This document shows positions 1 through 9,111 of a stretch of 64,000 bases of DNA, in pieces (positions within the stretch are counted from its first letter, which is position 1; the number at the start of each line of letters is the position of its first letter). The stretch lies in assembly GCA_963762255.1 (NCBI GenBank), contig CAVXKA010000001.1, positions 1,472,001 to 1,536,000 on the forward strand, written 5' to 3'. The notes beneath the pieces were generated by a model. It saw nothing but the letters and a program-made list of their open reading frames with translations. It had not been told where the DNA came from and made no database searches. A program made the translations under genes and the position numbers. Source of the stretch: Candidatus Eiseniibacteriota bacterium. Lineage in GTDB: Bacteria > Eisenbacteria > RBG-16-71-46 > JABDJR01.

Positions 1-573
1 GTGAGCCGCCGCCGCCGCGTGGCCGAGGACAGCACGATCGGGATCTTCCTCGCCGTGGCCATGGCCCTCGGCGTGATCTTCCTCGGATTGCGCAAGGGGA
101 GCACCGCGAACCTCTTCGGATACCTCTTCGGCAGCATCCTCTCCATCCTTCCCAGCGATCTCCCCTGGATGCTCGGAATGACGGGACTCGTCTTCGTGCT
201 TTTGGTGGCCTTCGTCAAGGAACTCTACTTCTATGTCTTCGACGAGGAGATGGCGAGGGTCGCCGGGATCCCCGTCGACTTCCTCTACTTCGGACTCCTC
301 GTGCTGCTCGCGGTCACGATCGTGGTCAGCATCAAGCTCGTGGGGGTGATCCTGGTCACCGCGCTGCTCGTCATTCCCGGCGCCGCGGCCCGGCTCGTCA
401 CCAGCAACATCGTCGCGTTGATCGGGGTCTCGGTCGGGATGGGTGTGCTGAGCGTGGTCATCGGGCTGACCGGGGCCTATCTCCTGGATGTGAGTCCCGG
501 CGCCGCGATTGTCATCGTCCTCTTCGCCGGCTTCATCGTGTCGCTTCTGGGCACCTCGCGCAAGAACCGCTGA
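1..573 (+). CDS. Metal (Zn/Mn) ABC transporter permease, ZnuB/MntB family; 5' end outside window
   Basis: Hydrophobic protein with YLFGSIL, FDEEMARVAGIP and KLVGVILVTALLVIPGAAARL motifs of ABC-3 permeases. Confidence 0.9.
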   Translation: MSRRRRVAEDSTIGIFLAVAMALGVIFLGLRKGSTANLFGYLFGSILSILPSDLPWMLGMTGLVFVLLVAFVKELYFYVFDEEMARVAGIPVDFLYFGLLVLLAVTIVVSIKLVGVILVTALLVIPGAAARLVTSNIVALIGVSVGMGVLSVVIGLTGAYLLDVSPGAAIVIVLFAGFIVSLLGTSRKNR

Positions 574-616
574 CCGAGCGGTTCGCGTCTTCGCCCGCTC
601 GGGGTACACTCTGGCC

Positions 617-1849
617 ATGGCCACCCCCAAGGACACTCCCTTCCCCGCAGCCGCCTTCGCGGAGGCCGCCCGCGTCTACGCGGAAGAGCACGATCTCTTC
701 GCGCTGGCCGCTCGGTGCGGCGCGCGCAAGAAGGGATATCGCTTGCAGACCCTGGGCGTGGACGCGGTGGCCGATCTACTCGCCGAGCGCGTGGCGGAGC
801 ACGCCGTCGCACGCAAGCGCGCCCTTTCGCAGATGCTGGAGGATCTCGGGGGAGCGCCGGAACCGCTTGCCGCCGAGGAGCCGGCGGCCCTGCGCAAGCG
901 ACTGCGCACCGTGCCGATCCCCGACGCCCCGACGCGCGCGCGGTGGATTTTTGCCCTCTTGCTCGATCCGAGGCCGGAGATGTGGCCGCTGGTCTCCGCG
1001 CTGCGCCGACCGCCGCGACGGGCCTCGGTGGGCGCGCGCGCCGAGCAGCACGCGGAGGTTGACGCCGGCCGCCTGGCAAAGGATCTGGATCGCGCCGGAC
1101 ACACGGCGGATGCGCTGCGCGAAGAGCGCGATCGCATGGCCCGGGATGTACGAACCCTCCAGCGGGTCATCGCGCGCGAGACCGATCTGCGCAAGCAAGC
1201 CGAGCGCCGGGCGGAGCGCGCCTACGAGACCGCTAGAAAGAGCGCGGATGAAGCGACCGAGGCCAAAGCGGAGCTTCGACGCCGGGTGCAGCGGGCGGCC
1301 CAGGTGACCGACGGCGCGGCTTCCGCCAGGCAGTGGCGCGACCTGCAGAGCCGCATGACCGAGCTGGCTGAGATGAACGCCGCACTGCGGCGCGATTACT
1401 CGGCGGCGCACAGCGCCCTGCGATCGCTCAAAGATCGCATGGCCGAGCGCTGGACCGAGGGGAAGATCAGGGAGAGGGATCTGAAACCGATCGATCCCGA
1501 CGAGCCCCTGGTGGTGGAGCCGCCGCTCGAGCGTGACCCGCGCCCGGCCGCGGAGAAGGTGCGCATGCCGAGCGATCCCCATCACTGGCCCGGCGGCTCG
1601 GCGCGGTTCCGCGGTTTTCTCGAGCGCATCGCCCGATGCGAGCATGTCACGCGGATCATGCCGCGATCGTTCCAGCATCCCACCCGGCACGGCATCTCGT
1701 TCGTCACCGACGAGGGAGATCTCATCGCGCGCGTCTCGGAGGGAGACCACGCGGCGATCGTCCTGATCCTCACCACCGCCACGCATCGGGGGCAGGGGGA
1801 GCATGTGCGCCGGGAGATCACGCCTCTTTTTGCCGAGAGAGGACTCTAG
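617..1849 (+). CDS. Coiled-coil protein with possible DUF2103-like C-terminal domain
   Basis: ATG at 617 in the 509..1849 frame; long R/E/A-rich helical middle; C-terminus GDLIARVSEG...LTTATHRGQGEHVRREI. Confidence 0.6.
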   Translation: MATPKDTPFPAAAFAEAARVYAEEHDLFALAARCGARKKGYRLQTLGVDAVADLLAERVAEHAVARKRALSQMLEDLGGAPEPLAAEEPAALRKRLRTVPIPDAPTRARWIFALLLDPRPEMWPLVSALRRPPRRASVGARAEQHAEVDAGRLAKDLDRAGHTADALREERDRMARDVRTLQRVIARETDLRKQAERRAERAYETARKSADEATEAKAELRRRVQRAAQVTDGAASARQWRDLQSRMTELAEMNAALRRDYSAAHSALRSLKDRMAERWTEGKIRERDLKPIDPDEPLVVEPPLERDPRPAAEKVRMPSDPHHWPGGSARFRGFLERIARCEHVTRIMPRSFQHPTRHGISFVTDEGDLIARVSEGDHAAIVLILTTATHRGQGEHVRREITPLFAERGL

Positions 1850-2069
1850 TCCGCCCGCAACTGCGGCCTCGCCCCTGCCTTCATCGCGAGACGCCTCGCC
1901 CCCGGGATTAGCGACGCCCTCGGCGCGGTACTCGCTCTCGTTGGGGTTCTCCCTCAGACCTGGCCCCACGAGGTCCGGCCGGCGCGGAGCCCGTCGCCGA
2001 CCGACCTCGTAACTAAATGAAACAAAAAGACTTAAACGCGAACATCGGACGTTCGGAGGTCGAGTCATC

Positions 2070-3542
2070 ATGAAGCGCAGGGTTTGGATTGTGTTCAGCG
2101 TCGTGGTCATGGCGGCATTCCTGGCCGGAGGTTGGGCCGTGCCCCAGCTCTTTTCCGCTAGCGCGGCGAAGCCGGTCGACCAGTTCACCCCGGAGCAGAG
2201 GGCGGCCTTACAGGATCTCAAGGCGTTCTCCTCGGGATTCGCCGCGGTGGCCCAGGCGGTGTCGCCGTCGGTGGTAACGGTCACGAGCGAGAAGCTCGTG
2301 CAGCCCGCCGCAAACCCGTTCAGCAACGACCCCATGTTCCGCCGGTTCTTCGGCGACCAGGGGCAGAACGATCAGCCGTTCAAGCAGCGCGGCCTCGGCT
2401 CGGGGGTCATCGTCCGTGAAGACGGCTACGTCTTGACCAACAACCATGTGATCCAGGGCGCAGACGAACTCACCGTGGAACTCTTCGACGGGCGGAAGCT
2501 CCCCGCCAAGGTGGTGGGCGCCGACCCGCGCAGCGATCTGGCGGTGCTACGCGTGGATGCGAGCGGTCTCCCCGCCATGTCTATAGGCGACTCCGAGAAG
2601 GTGCGCATCGGCGAGTGGGTGCTGGCGATCGGCTCGCCCTTCAACGAGAACCTGCAGCACACCGTCACGGCCGGTATCGTGAGCGCCACCGGGCGCTCGG
2701 GGATGAACCTCAACGAGTACGAGGACTTCATTCAGACCGACGCCGCCATCAATCCCGGCAACTCCGGGGGCGCGCTCGTGAACCTGGACGGCGAGATGAT
2801 CGGCATCAACTCCGCGATCGCCTCGCGCACCGGCGGCTCCAACGGCATCGGGTTCGCCATTCCCGCGAACATCGCGGTGGATGTGATGAACGACCTCATC
2901 ACCGACGGGAAGGTCACCCGCGGATGGCTGGGAGTCAGCATCCAGGACGTGAACCAGGATCTCGCCCAGGCCATGGGCTTGAGCACGGAGAGCGGCGTGC
3001 TCATCAACTCGGTGGCGAAAGACGGACCGGCCGAGAAGGCGGGTCTCGATCAGGGCGACGTGATCGTGCGTTTCGACGGCAAGACCATGAAGAACGTGTC
3101 CGAGCTGCGCCTCGCCGTGGCCAAGGCGGACCCGAGCGACGAAGCCGAAGTCGTCGTCCTGCGCGACGGCAAGGAGAAGACCGTCGCCGTTCGACTCGGG
3201 GAGTTTCCCGAGGACGGCTCCGCGGTCGCCGTCGAGAGCGGAGAGGTGCACCAGGACGATCTCGGCATCACGGTGGAGCCGATCACGCCCGATCTGGTCG
3301 ATCAGTTCGAATTGCAGGACGTGTCGAAGGGCCTGGTGGTCACCACGGTCACTCCGGCCAGCCCCGCCCAGGACGCCGGTATCCAACCCGGCGACGTCGT
3401 GCTCAAGGTAAACCGCGTGAGCATCGCCTCGCTCAAGGACTACCGCGAGGCGCTCGCCCGCGCCGAGAAGGGAAGCCCGGCGCTCTTCCTCCTCCAGCGA
3501 GGCACGAACACGTTCTTCATAGCCCTCCGTTCGAAGCCGTAA
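2070..3542 (+). CDS. degQ: DegP/DegQ (HtrA) serine protease with two PDZ domains
   Basis: GLGSGVIV, LTNNHV, SDLAVL, IQTDAAINPGNSGG motifs; N-terminal signal/TM; two PDZ-like repeats. Confidence 0.93.
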   Translation: MKRRVWIVFSVVVMAAFLAGGWAVPQLFSASAAKPVDQFTPEQRAALQDLKAFSSGFAAVAQAVSPSVVTVTSEKLVQPAANPFSNDPMFRRFFGDQGQNDQPFKQRGLGSGVIVREDGYVLTNNHVIQGADELTVELFDGRKLPAKVVGADPRSDLAVLRVDASGLPAMSIGDSEKVRIGEWVLAIGSPFNENLQHTVTAGIVSATGRSGMNLNEYEDFIQTDAAINPGNSGGALVNLDGEMIGINSAIASRTGGSNGIGFAIPANIAVDVMNDLITDGKVTRGWLGVSIQDVNQDLAQAMGLSTESGVLINSVAKDGPAEKAGLDQGDVIVRFDGKTMKNVSELRLAVAKADPSDEAEVVVLRDGKEKTVAVRLGEFPEDGSAVAVESGEVHQDDLGITVEPITPDLVDQFELQDVSKGLVVTTVTPASPAQDAGIQPGDVVLKVNRVSIASLKDYREALARAEKGSPALFLLQRGTNTFFIALRSKP

Positions 3543-3561
3543 GAAGGCATCCCCATGAGGT

Positions 3562-3596
3562 GAGAACGGGGCTCCGCATCCGGAGCCCCGTTTCTC
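3562..3596. terminator. GC-rich hairpin after degQ, likely intrinsic terminator
   Basis: gagaacggggctccg-catc-cggagccccgtttctc inverted repeat about 20 nt after the stop. Confidence 0.7.
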
Positions 3597-3608
3597 TATA
3601 CTTGGCGG

Positions 3609-4778
3609 GTGCGAACCCCACCCATCCGGCTCCTGGTCGCCACGTTCCTCGTCCTCTGCGGCTGCGCGCCCCCCGGAGCGGGGCCGATCTCCGACCGCGA
3701 TCCCGGCTGGCCTTACGCCGGCGTCCAGTCGAGGACGCGCGTTCCGGCGGAGCTGATCGGGCAGCCGATCTTCACCGGACGTTGGATCGCCGCCGATGCC
3801 GAGGGGGTGGCCGCGTACACCGAGACGTCGGAGGCCCGGTATTTCTGCCGGGTCCCCTTCGACGACCCGCACCGGTTGCAGTTCCTCGACCTCGGCGTCG
3901 GCGCCGAAGTCGAGACCATCGGCTTCCTCCCGCGGGATCGCAGCCTGCTCCTGGTGGGGGCTGTGATGTCACCGCATCATCGCGAGGCGGTGGTCGTCCG
4001 CTCGCTTCTCGAAGTGGATTCCGAGACGCTCGCCCTGGTCGGCATGGTTCCTCTACCGCGGGACGGACGCGCCCGCGGTCTCGCGATCGATGCCTACCGC
4101 CGTCGCGTGTTCCTTCTCGATGACACGGCGGGCTCGGGCGAGGTCGTCGCGATCGACCTGTACGGGGGGCGGCGTGTCGCGCGCGCCTCTGCGGGGATCG
4201 TGCCGGCGTCGGTGGAGCGCAAGGGACTGGCGGGCGACGAGGACGGGCGCGTGCTCTTCTGCCTCGCCGGTGGAGAGGGGGTGCGCAGCGATTTCCAGCC
4301 CATCGGGGGGGACACCGCCGACGCGCCGCACCTGGTCGTGTTCGAGGCCGAGGGCCTTACCGTGCGCGCGCGCGTGCCCCTGGATCCCGGCTTCGAGCCA
4401 CGGGCGGTGGCCTACGATGACGATCGTTCCCGCGCGTACGTCCTGGAGGCGCGGCGCGATCGCAGCCGCCTCGTGGTGGTAGACGGCAACTTCGATACGG
4501 TGCGCAGCCGCATCGACCTCCCCGAGGCGACAACCGATCTGGTTCTCTCCGGCGGCTTCGCCTTCATGCCCGGTTCCTACGGCATCTACATCGTGGATCT
4601 CGATCTCGAGTCGCTCATCAGCCGGCCTACGCAGTTCTTCGATCTCACCGGCGAGATGGCGGTCTCCGCCGCGGGCTCGACGGCGCTCGTGCTCTATCAA
4701 TCGGCCCGAAGCGGGGGAATCCCTGGACTTGCCGTTCTGTCCCTGCAAACCGGGGCGCTCCTGGACGTGCTGCAATGA
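3609..4778 (+). CDS. Putative lipoprotein, YncE-like beta-propeller
   Basis: Signal peptide ending VLCGC; repeated beta-blade-like segments (RGLAID, RAVAYD, GEMAVS). Confidence 0.6.
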   Translation: MRTPPIRLLVATFLVLCGCAPPGAGPISDRDPGWPYAGVQSRTRVPAELIGQPIFTGRWIAADAEGVAAYTETSEARYFCRVPFDDPHRLQFLDLGVGAEVETIGFLPRDRSLLLVGAVMSPHHREAVVVRSLLEVDSETLALVGMVPLPRDGRARGLAIDAYRRRVFLLDDTAGSGEVVAIDLYGGRRVARASAGIVPASVERKGLAGDEDGRVLFCLAGGEGVRSDFQPIGGDTADAPHLVVFEAEGLTVRARVPLDPGFEPRAVAYDDDRSRAYVLEARRDRSRLVVVDGNFDTVRSRIDLPEATTDLVLSGGFAFMPGSYGIYIVDLDLESLISRPTQFFDLTGEMAVSAAGSTALVLYQSARSGGIPGLAVLSLQTGALLDVLQ

Positions 4779-5764
4779 GCGAAGCCCTGCTCCAGAACCT
4801 GGACCAGATTCCACAAGCGATGGTCCGACACGGGCTCGACCCCGAGCGCCACGCGGAACTGCTCGTCCATGTGCGCGACTTCTTTCGTCGTTACGCCGAT
4901 CTCGAGCGGCGCCTGCTCGGGGAGGTGTGGGTGACCTATCCTGCTCACCTGCTCGAAGGGCTTCCCACGGACGACCCGATGCAGGCGGGCGAAACGCTGG
5001 CCCGCCGAGAGCGGGCCCGGCTTCATCTGGGCGACGGCGAGAGCGGGGATCTCATGACGCTTCTCGACCGCGAGGGGCTCAAGGTCTACCGGCCGCTCTT
5101 TCCGCAGGACACTCCCCTCGAGGGGATCTTCCTCTTCGATGCGGAGGCCGGTCCGAGCCTCATCGTCAACGGACTGTTGGCGCCCCTGGAGGCGGACTTC
5201 GTCTTCTCGCGCCTCTACGCCCACTACCTCATCGACAACGATCCCTATTCGATTCATCTGTTGGTGCGGGGGGAGGAGCCCTCGGCCGTCGACCTGCGCG
5301 CACAAGCTTTCGCCGCCGCGTTTCTGATCCCCGCGGAAGGCCTCGCCACCTACTTGAAGGCGCTGCATTGGACCCCCGACTCCGTGGTGGACGCCGGCAT
5401 CGCGGTTCAGCTCGCTGCCTACTTCGAGGTCGGCTTTCGGACGCTGTTCGCGCGCCTCTTGAGCCTGAACCTCGTCGGGCCGGACGATGTCTCACCGCTC
5501 CTCATCGCACTCGAATCCGCGGGGGGACCGGTCGTGGCCGAGCGACCGGAGAACGCCATACCCGAGCGGTTCGTGCGGCTCGCGCTGGAGGCGCACGCGC
5601 GCAAGCTCTTCGACGTTCACGCTCTCGCCCTCTATCTGGAGACCGACCTCGCCGCCACGCGGCGCCTGGCCGGACGTTTTCAACTCGGCGACGAAACCTC
5701 CGGCCGCGAAGAACGACCCCGACTCCCGCGCGGCCGTGTCGAGAAAGGAAAGCCGAAACCGTGA
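4775..5764 (+). CDS. ImmA/IrrE (M78) family protein with degenerate HExxH motif
   Basis: FVFSRLYAHYLID at the FTxAHExGH position and AQAFAAAFLIP; overlaps the upstream stop (ATGA). Confidence 0.7.
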   Translation: MSEALLQNLDQIPQAMVRHGLDPERHAELLVHVRDFFRRYADLERRLLGEVWVTYPAHLLEGLPTDDPMQAGETLARRERARLHLGDGESGDLMTLLDREGLKVYRPLFPQDTPLEGIFLFDAEAGPSLIVNGLLAPLEADFVFSRLYAHYLIDNDPYSIHLLVRGEEPSAVDLRAQAFAAAFLIPAEGLATYLKALHWTPDSVVDAGIAVQLAAYFEVGFRTLFARLLSLNLVGPDDVSPLLIALESAGGPVVAERPENAIPERFVRLALEAHARKLFDVHALALYLETDLAATRRLAGRFQLGDETSGREERPRLPRGRVEKGKPKP

Positions 5765-6417
5765 CCCTCGCCCGCCGGCTCCCCGTGATCGGCGCGGATC
5801 CCATCCCGGTGGGGAAGATCCTCGCCGTGGGCCGCAACTACGCGGATCATGCCGCGGAGATGCAGGCGCCAGCCGACCCCGTCATCTTCATGAAACCGAC
5901 GACCGCGCTGCGGCTCCCGGGGGAGGACGTCGTTCTGCCGCGCGATCGGGGGAGTGTCCACCACGAGGTGGAGATTCTGGTGGCGCTCTCTCGCGGCGGA
6001 ACGCACCTCACCGAGGCCGAGGCGGCGCGTGCGGTCGGCGCCTACGGAATCGGGCTCGATCTCACCCTGCGCGATGTACAGGCCGCGGCCAAGGCCAAGG
6101 GTCTCCCGTGGACCCTTGCCAAGGGGTTCGACGGCGCGCTTCCGGTGAGCGAGTTCGTCCCGGCCGCGCGCATTCCCGAACCCCGCGACCTCCGTTTCCG
6201 GCTGGAGCTGAACGGCACGCTGCGCCAGGAAGGGCGCGCAGTGGACATGGTGCTTTCCGTGCCTGCACTCCTCGCGTTCATCTCCACCTGGATCACCCTC
6301 GAGCCGGGCGACCTCGTCCTTACCGGTACTCCCGCGGGAGTGGGGCCGATCGTGGCCGGCGACGAGGCGCACATCGTGCTCGATGGCTGGACGGAAGCGC
6401 GCTTCCGCTTCTCCTAG
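5761..6417 (+). CDS. Fumarylacetoacetate hydrolase family protein (FAHD1/YcgM-like)
   Basis: KILAVGRNYADH, FMKP, HHEVE, DLTLRD, KGFD and GDLVLTGTPAGVG motifs. Confidence 0.92.
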   Translation: MTLARRLPVIGADPIPVGKILAVGRNYADHAAEMQAPADPVIFMKPTTALRLPGEDVVLPRDRGSVHHEVEILVALSRGGTHLTEAEAARAVGAYGIGLDLTLRDVQAAAKAKGLPWTLAKGFDGALPVSEFVPAARIPEPRDLRFRLELNGTLRQEGRAVDMVLSVPALLAFISTWITLEPGDLVLTGTPAGVGPIVAGDEAHIVLDGWTEARFRFS

Positions 6418-6430
6418 AGGGCACGCGCCC

Positions 6431-6460
6431 TTGATTCCCTGCGCGCGAGGGCGCTAGACT
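6431..6460 (+). promoter_or_regulatory. Possible sigma70-type promoter
   Basis: TTGATT-N18-TAGACT upstream of the TPR gene. Confidence 0.35.
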
Positions 6461-6524
6461 CGCCGCACTTTCTGGCCGGAGATCGTCGGCCGTTTCCGCA
6501 GCTCCGGCAAGGAGCTGCTCGAAG

Positions 6525-7850
6525 GTGGAGCGCGTGGGTTTTCTCAAGACGCTGTTCGGCCGCGGTGCCGACAAGGATGAAGACAAGGGCGACGAGCTGC
6601 GGCTGGATTTCGAGTATCGCGAAGCCGCGTACTACTACCAGCAGGCGCTGGACAAGCTCGGCTCCGGCGATGAGGACGCGACGGATCGCGTCCGCCGCAA
6701 GCTGCGCGAAGTGCGCCGCCAGGCCCTCGACCAGCTCCTCGAGGAATTCGACGAGCTCATGACGAACGACGCGCTCACGCTCGCCCACGAGAAGCTCGAG
6801 ATGGCGGGCAATTTCGCCGAGGATGACGGCGGGCAGCTCGAAGTGGAGCGTCGCCGGGATCGCTTGAACGAGCTGCAGGAGCATGTCGAGGAGCAACCCG
6901 AGACGCCGGAATCGGTGGATGGCACCGAGGGCGACCTCCTCGAACTGGCGCTCTCCGCGATGGACGCCGAAGACCGCGAGCGCGCGGCGGCGCTGGGTGA
7001 CGGCTTCCGGCTGGGTTTCGAGGCCTGCCAGCGCGAGGACTGGCAGGAGGGACTGGATCGTTTCGAGAAGGTCCTGGGCGATCATCCGGACGACGTGATG
7101 GTGCTCGAACTTGCCGGCATCGCCGCCGAGCATGTAGAGGACAACGAGAAGGCCCTCGCGTACTTTCAGAAGGCGCAGAGCGCGGCACCCAACCGCGCCG
7201 TGACCGTGAGCGGACTCGCCGCGATCTACCGGCGGCTCGACCGCAAGGACGAGGCGCGCAAGCTGCTTGCCGAGGCGGCCGCGGCGCACCCGGTCGGCGA
7301 GGGTTTCGCGCCGGCGTGGGCGGACATCCATCTCGAGCACGCCCTGATGCTCGGCGAAGCGGGGAAGCACGCGGAGGCGGTGAAGATCCTGGTCGAACTC
7401 CTCGACGTCCGCGGCGTGGACCGGGGCTTCCTCCTCTACAACCTCGCCGGCGTTCTCGAGACGATGGGTCGCGATCGCGATGCGATGGCCGCTCTGGAGG
7501 AGGCCATCCAACTCTCGCCGCGCCAGCCGCTCTATCGCGAACGCCTCTCGGATTTTCTCGCCCAGCGCGGGCAGGATCTGGAGCACGCGTTGCGACTCAT
7601 CGAGGAAGCCAACCAGGTGGAGACGACCGGTGCCGCGGGAATGCTCGGCGGCGGCGGATCGCGGGTTTCCATCAGCCCCAACCGCGCGCGCTATCTCTAC
7701 AAGCTCGCGCGCATCTACTTCTTGAAGGGGGACGACCTCGAGGCCGACCGGACCGCCACCGCGGCCCAGCATCTTGCCCGCGATCCGGAGGTCGTGCGCG
7801 CGCTCGAGGAGCTTCGCAAGGATCTCAAGGAGGTCCGCCAGAACCGCTGA
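6525..7850 (+). CDS. Tetratricopeptide-repeat protein
   Basis: TPR-like helix pairs (ALAYFQKA, LYNLAGVLETMG, YLYKLARIY); alternative GTG start at 6534. Confidence 0.75.
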   Translation: MERVGFLKTLFGRGADKDEDKGDELRLDFEYREAAYYYQQALDKLGSGDEDATDRVRRKLREVRRQALDQLLEEFDELMTNDALTLAHEKLEMAGNFAEDDGGQLEVERRRDRLNELQEHVEEQPETPESVDGTEGDLLELALSAMDAEDRERAAALGDGFRLGFEACQREDWQEGLDRFEKVLGDHPDDVMVLELAGIAAEHVEDNEKALAYFQKAQSAAPNRAVTVSGLAAIYRRLDRKDEARKLLAEAAAAHPVGEGFAPAWADIHLEHALMLGEAGKHAEAVKILVELLDVRGVDRGFLLYNLAGVLETMGRDRDAMAALEEAIQLSPRQPLYRERLSDFLAQRGQDLEHALRLIEEANQVETTGAAGMLGGGGSRVSISPNRARYLYKLARIYFLKGDDLEADRTATAAQHLARDPEVVRALEELRKDLKEVRQNR

Positions 7851-8112
7851 GCGGGCGGTCCTCCTCGATCGCCAACACTGTTAATGGTGTAATCCAAATC
7901 ATTGTAAAGGGTTAGGAGCTGTCCGTCCCGCCCCTCGAAAGGTGCGGCCACCCTATTCCCGCGCCGCCCGCCTCCGCCACGGTAAACACCGCCGCGTTTA
8001 GTCCGATGATAGAGAGGCGATTACAGGGGTGTTCGAGGAGGGCCCGCCCGGCGACCGGGCCGTGCTTCCCAACGACACAGACCATGGATTCTCATTCGAC
8101 GAGGGAGATCGC

Positions 8113-9111
8113 GTGCGGCTCCTGCTCCTGGCCGATTTGCACCTTGGGGCGAGGCTTCCCGAGAGCGATGGGTGGATCTCCGGGAAGGGATCCGGCCGCA
8201 GTCACGCGTGGACCGACGCCGTCGATGTGGCCCTCGACCCGAGGCAACGCATCGACGCGGTCCTCTGCGCCGGCGATCTCTTCGACCATCCGTCTCCCAA
8301 CGCTGAACTCGTCGGGCACGTCGCCGAGGGCGCCGAGGCGCTGCTCGGAGGCGGCAAGAGCGTGGTCCTCCTCCCCGGCGCGTACGACGGCCTCACCCAG
8401 CCGAACGGCGTCTACTCCACGCGAGCTTTCCCCGCGGGAGTCCTGGTCGTGGACTGGGCAGAACCGAGGCGCGTGGAACTTGCCATCGGCTCCACCCAGC
8501 TTCACCTCTACACTGCCGCCTCACGCCCGGGCCGCAACGGAATCGAACCCGCGCAGTTCGCGCGACAGGGGATGGAAGGGCGCCACGTAGGACTGCTGCA
8601 TGGCGTTCTCGGCGGGCCCGGCCCCGGAGATCCCCCTTGTCTGTGGGGACGCCGCGATCTCCCCGAAAGTTTCTTCGCCGGCGGCGATCTCGATCTCTTC
8701 GTGCTCGGGGGTGGGCACAGTTATCTTGCCGCCCGGCACGGTCGCACGCTGGTCGTGCAGCCAGGCGCTTCGCACGGGCTCGACGCGAACGGACCCGGTC
8801 GCAGAGGATTTCTGGTCGCCGATCTCGAAGTCGAGGGGGTGCAGGTCACGCGTGAGGGACGGCCTACCGCTCGTCCCGAGACTCCTCCCGCACCGCGCGG
8901 CCCCCGCCCGGCCGCCGCCGGCGCCGATCTCGATCCGGATGAAGCCGTTCTGGCCGGACTGCGCGCGGAGAACAGCGTGCTCGGCCACTTCGTACGCCAC
9001 ATGGAGTCGCGGTGCGCCGCGGCGGCCGGGAACGCGCGCGAGATGGAAGCCCGAGCCCTCGGGCTGGGTGTCACCGCATGGCGGCGAGTGGAGGCCACGC
9101 ATGTGGATTGA
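8113..9111 (+). CDS. SbcD/Mre11/YhaO-like metallophosphoesterase, degenerate
   Basis: LADLHLG and AGDLFD intact; motif III reads PGAYD and motif V GGGH; SD gaggga before GTG 8113 (frame open from 8029). Confidence 0.75.
   Translation: MRLLLLADLHLGARLPESDGWISGKGSGRSHAWTDAVDVALDPRQRIDAVLCAGDLFDHPSPNAELVGHVAEGAEALLGGGKSVVLLPGAYDGLTQPNGVYSTRAFPAGVLVVDWAEPRRVELAIGSTQLHLYTAASRPGRNGIEPAQFARQGMEGRHVGLLHGVLGGPGPGDPPCLWGRRDLPESFFAGGDLDLFVLGGGHSYLAARHGRTLVVQPGASHGLDANGPGRRGFLVADLEVEGVQVTREGRPTARPETPPAPRGPRPAAAGADLDPDEAVLAGLRAENSVLGHFVRHMESRCAAAAGNAREMEARALGLGVTAWRRVEATHVD

Noticed and set aside
2039-8000. Short palindromes CGAAC-N7-GTTCG (2039-2055) and TAAAC-N8-GTTTA (7983-8000) as LexA-type boxes
   Set aside because: Only 5-bp arms, different spacing, single occurrences; cannot be separated from chance
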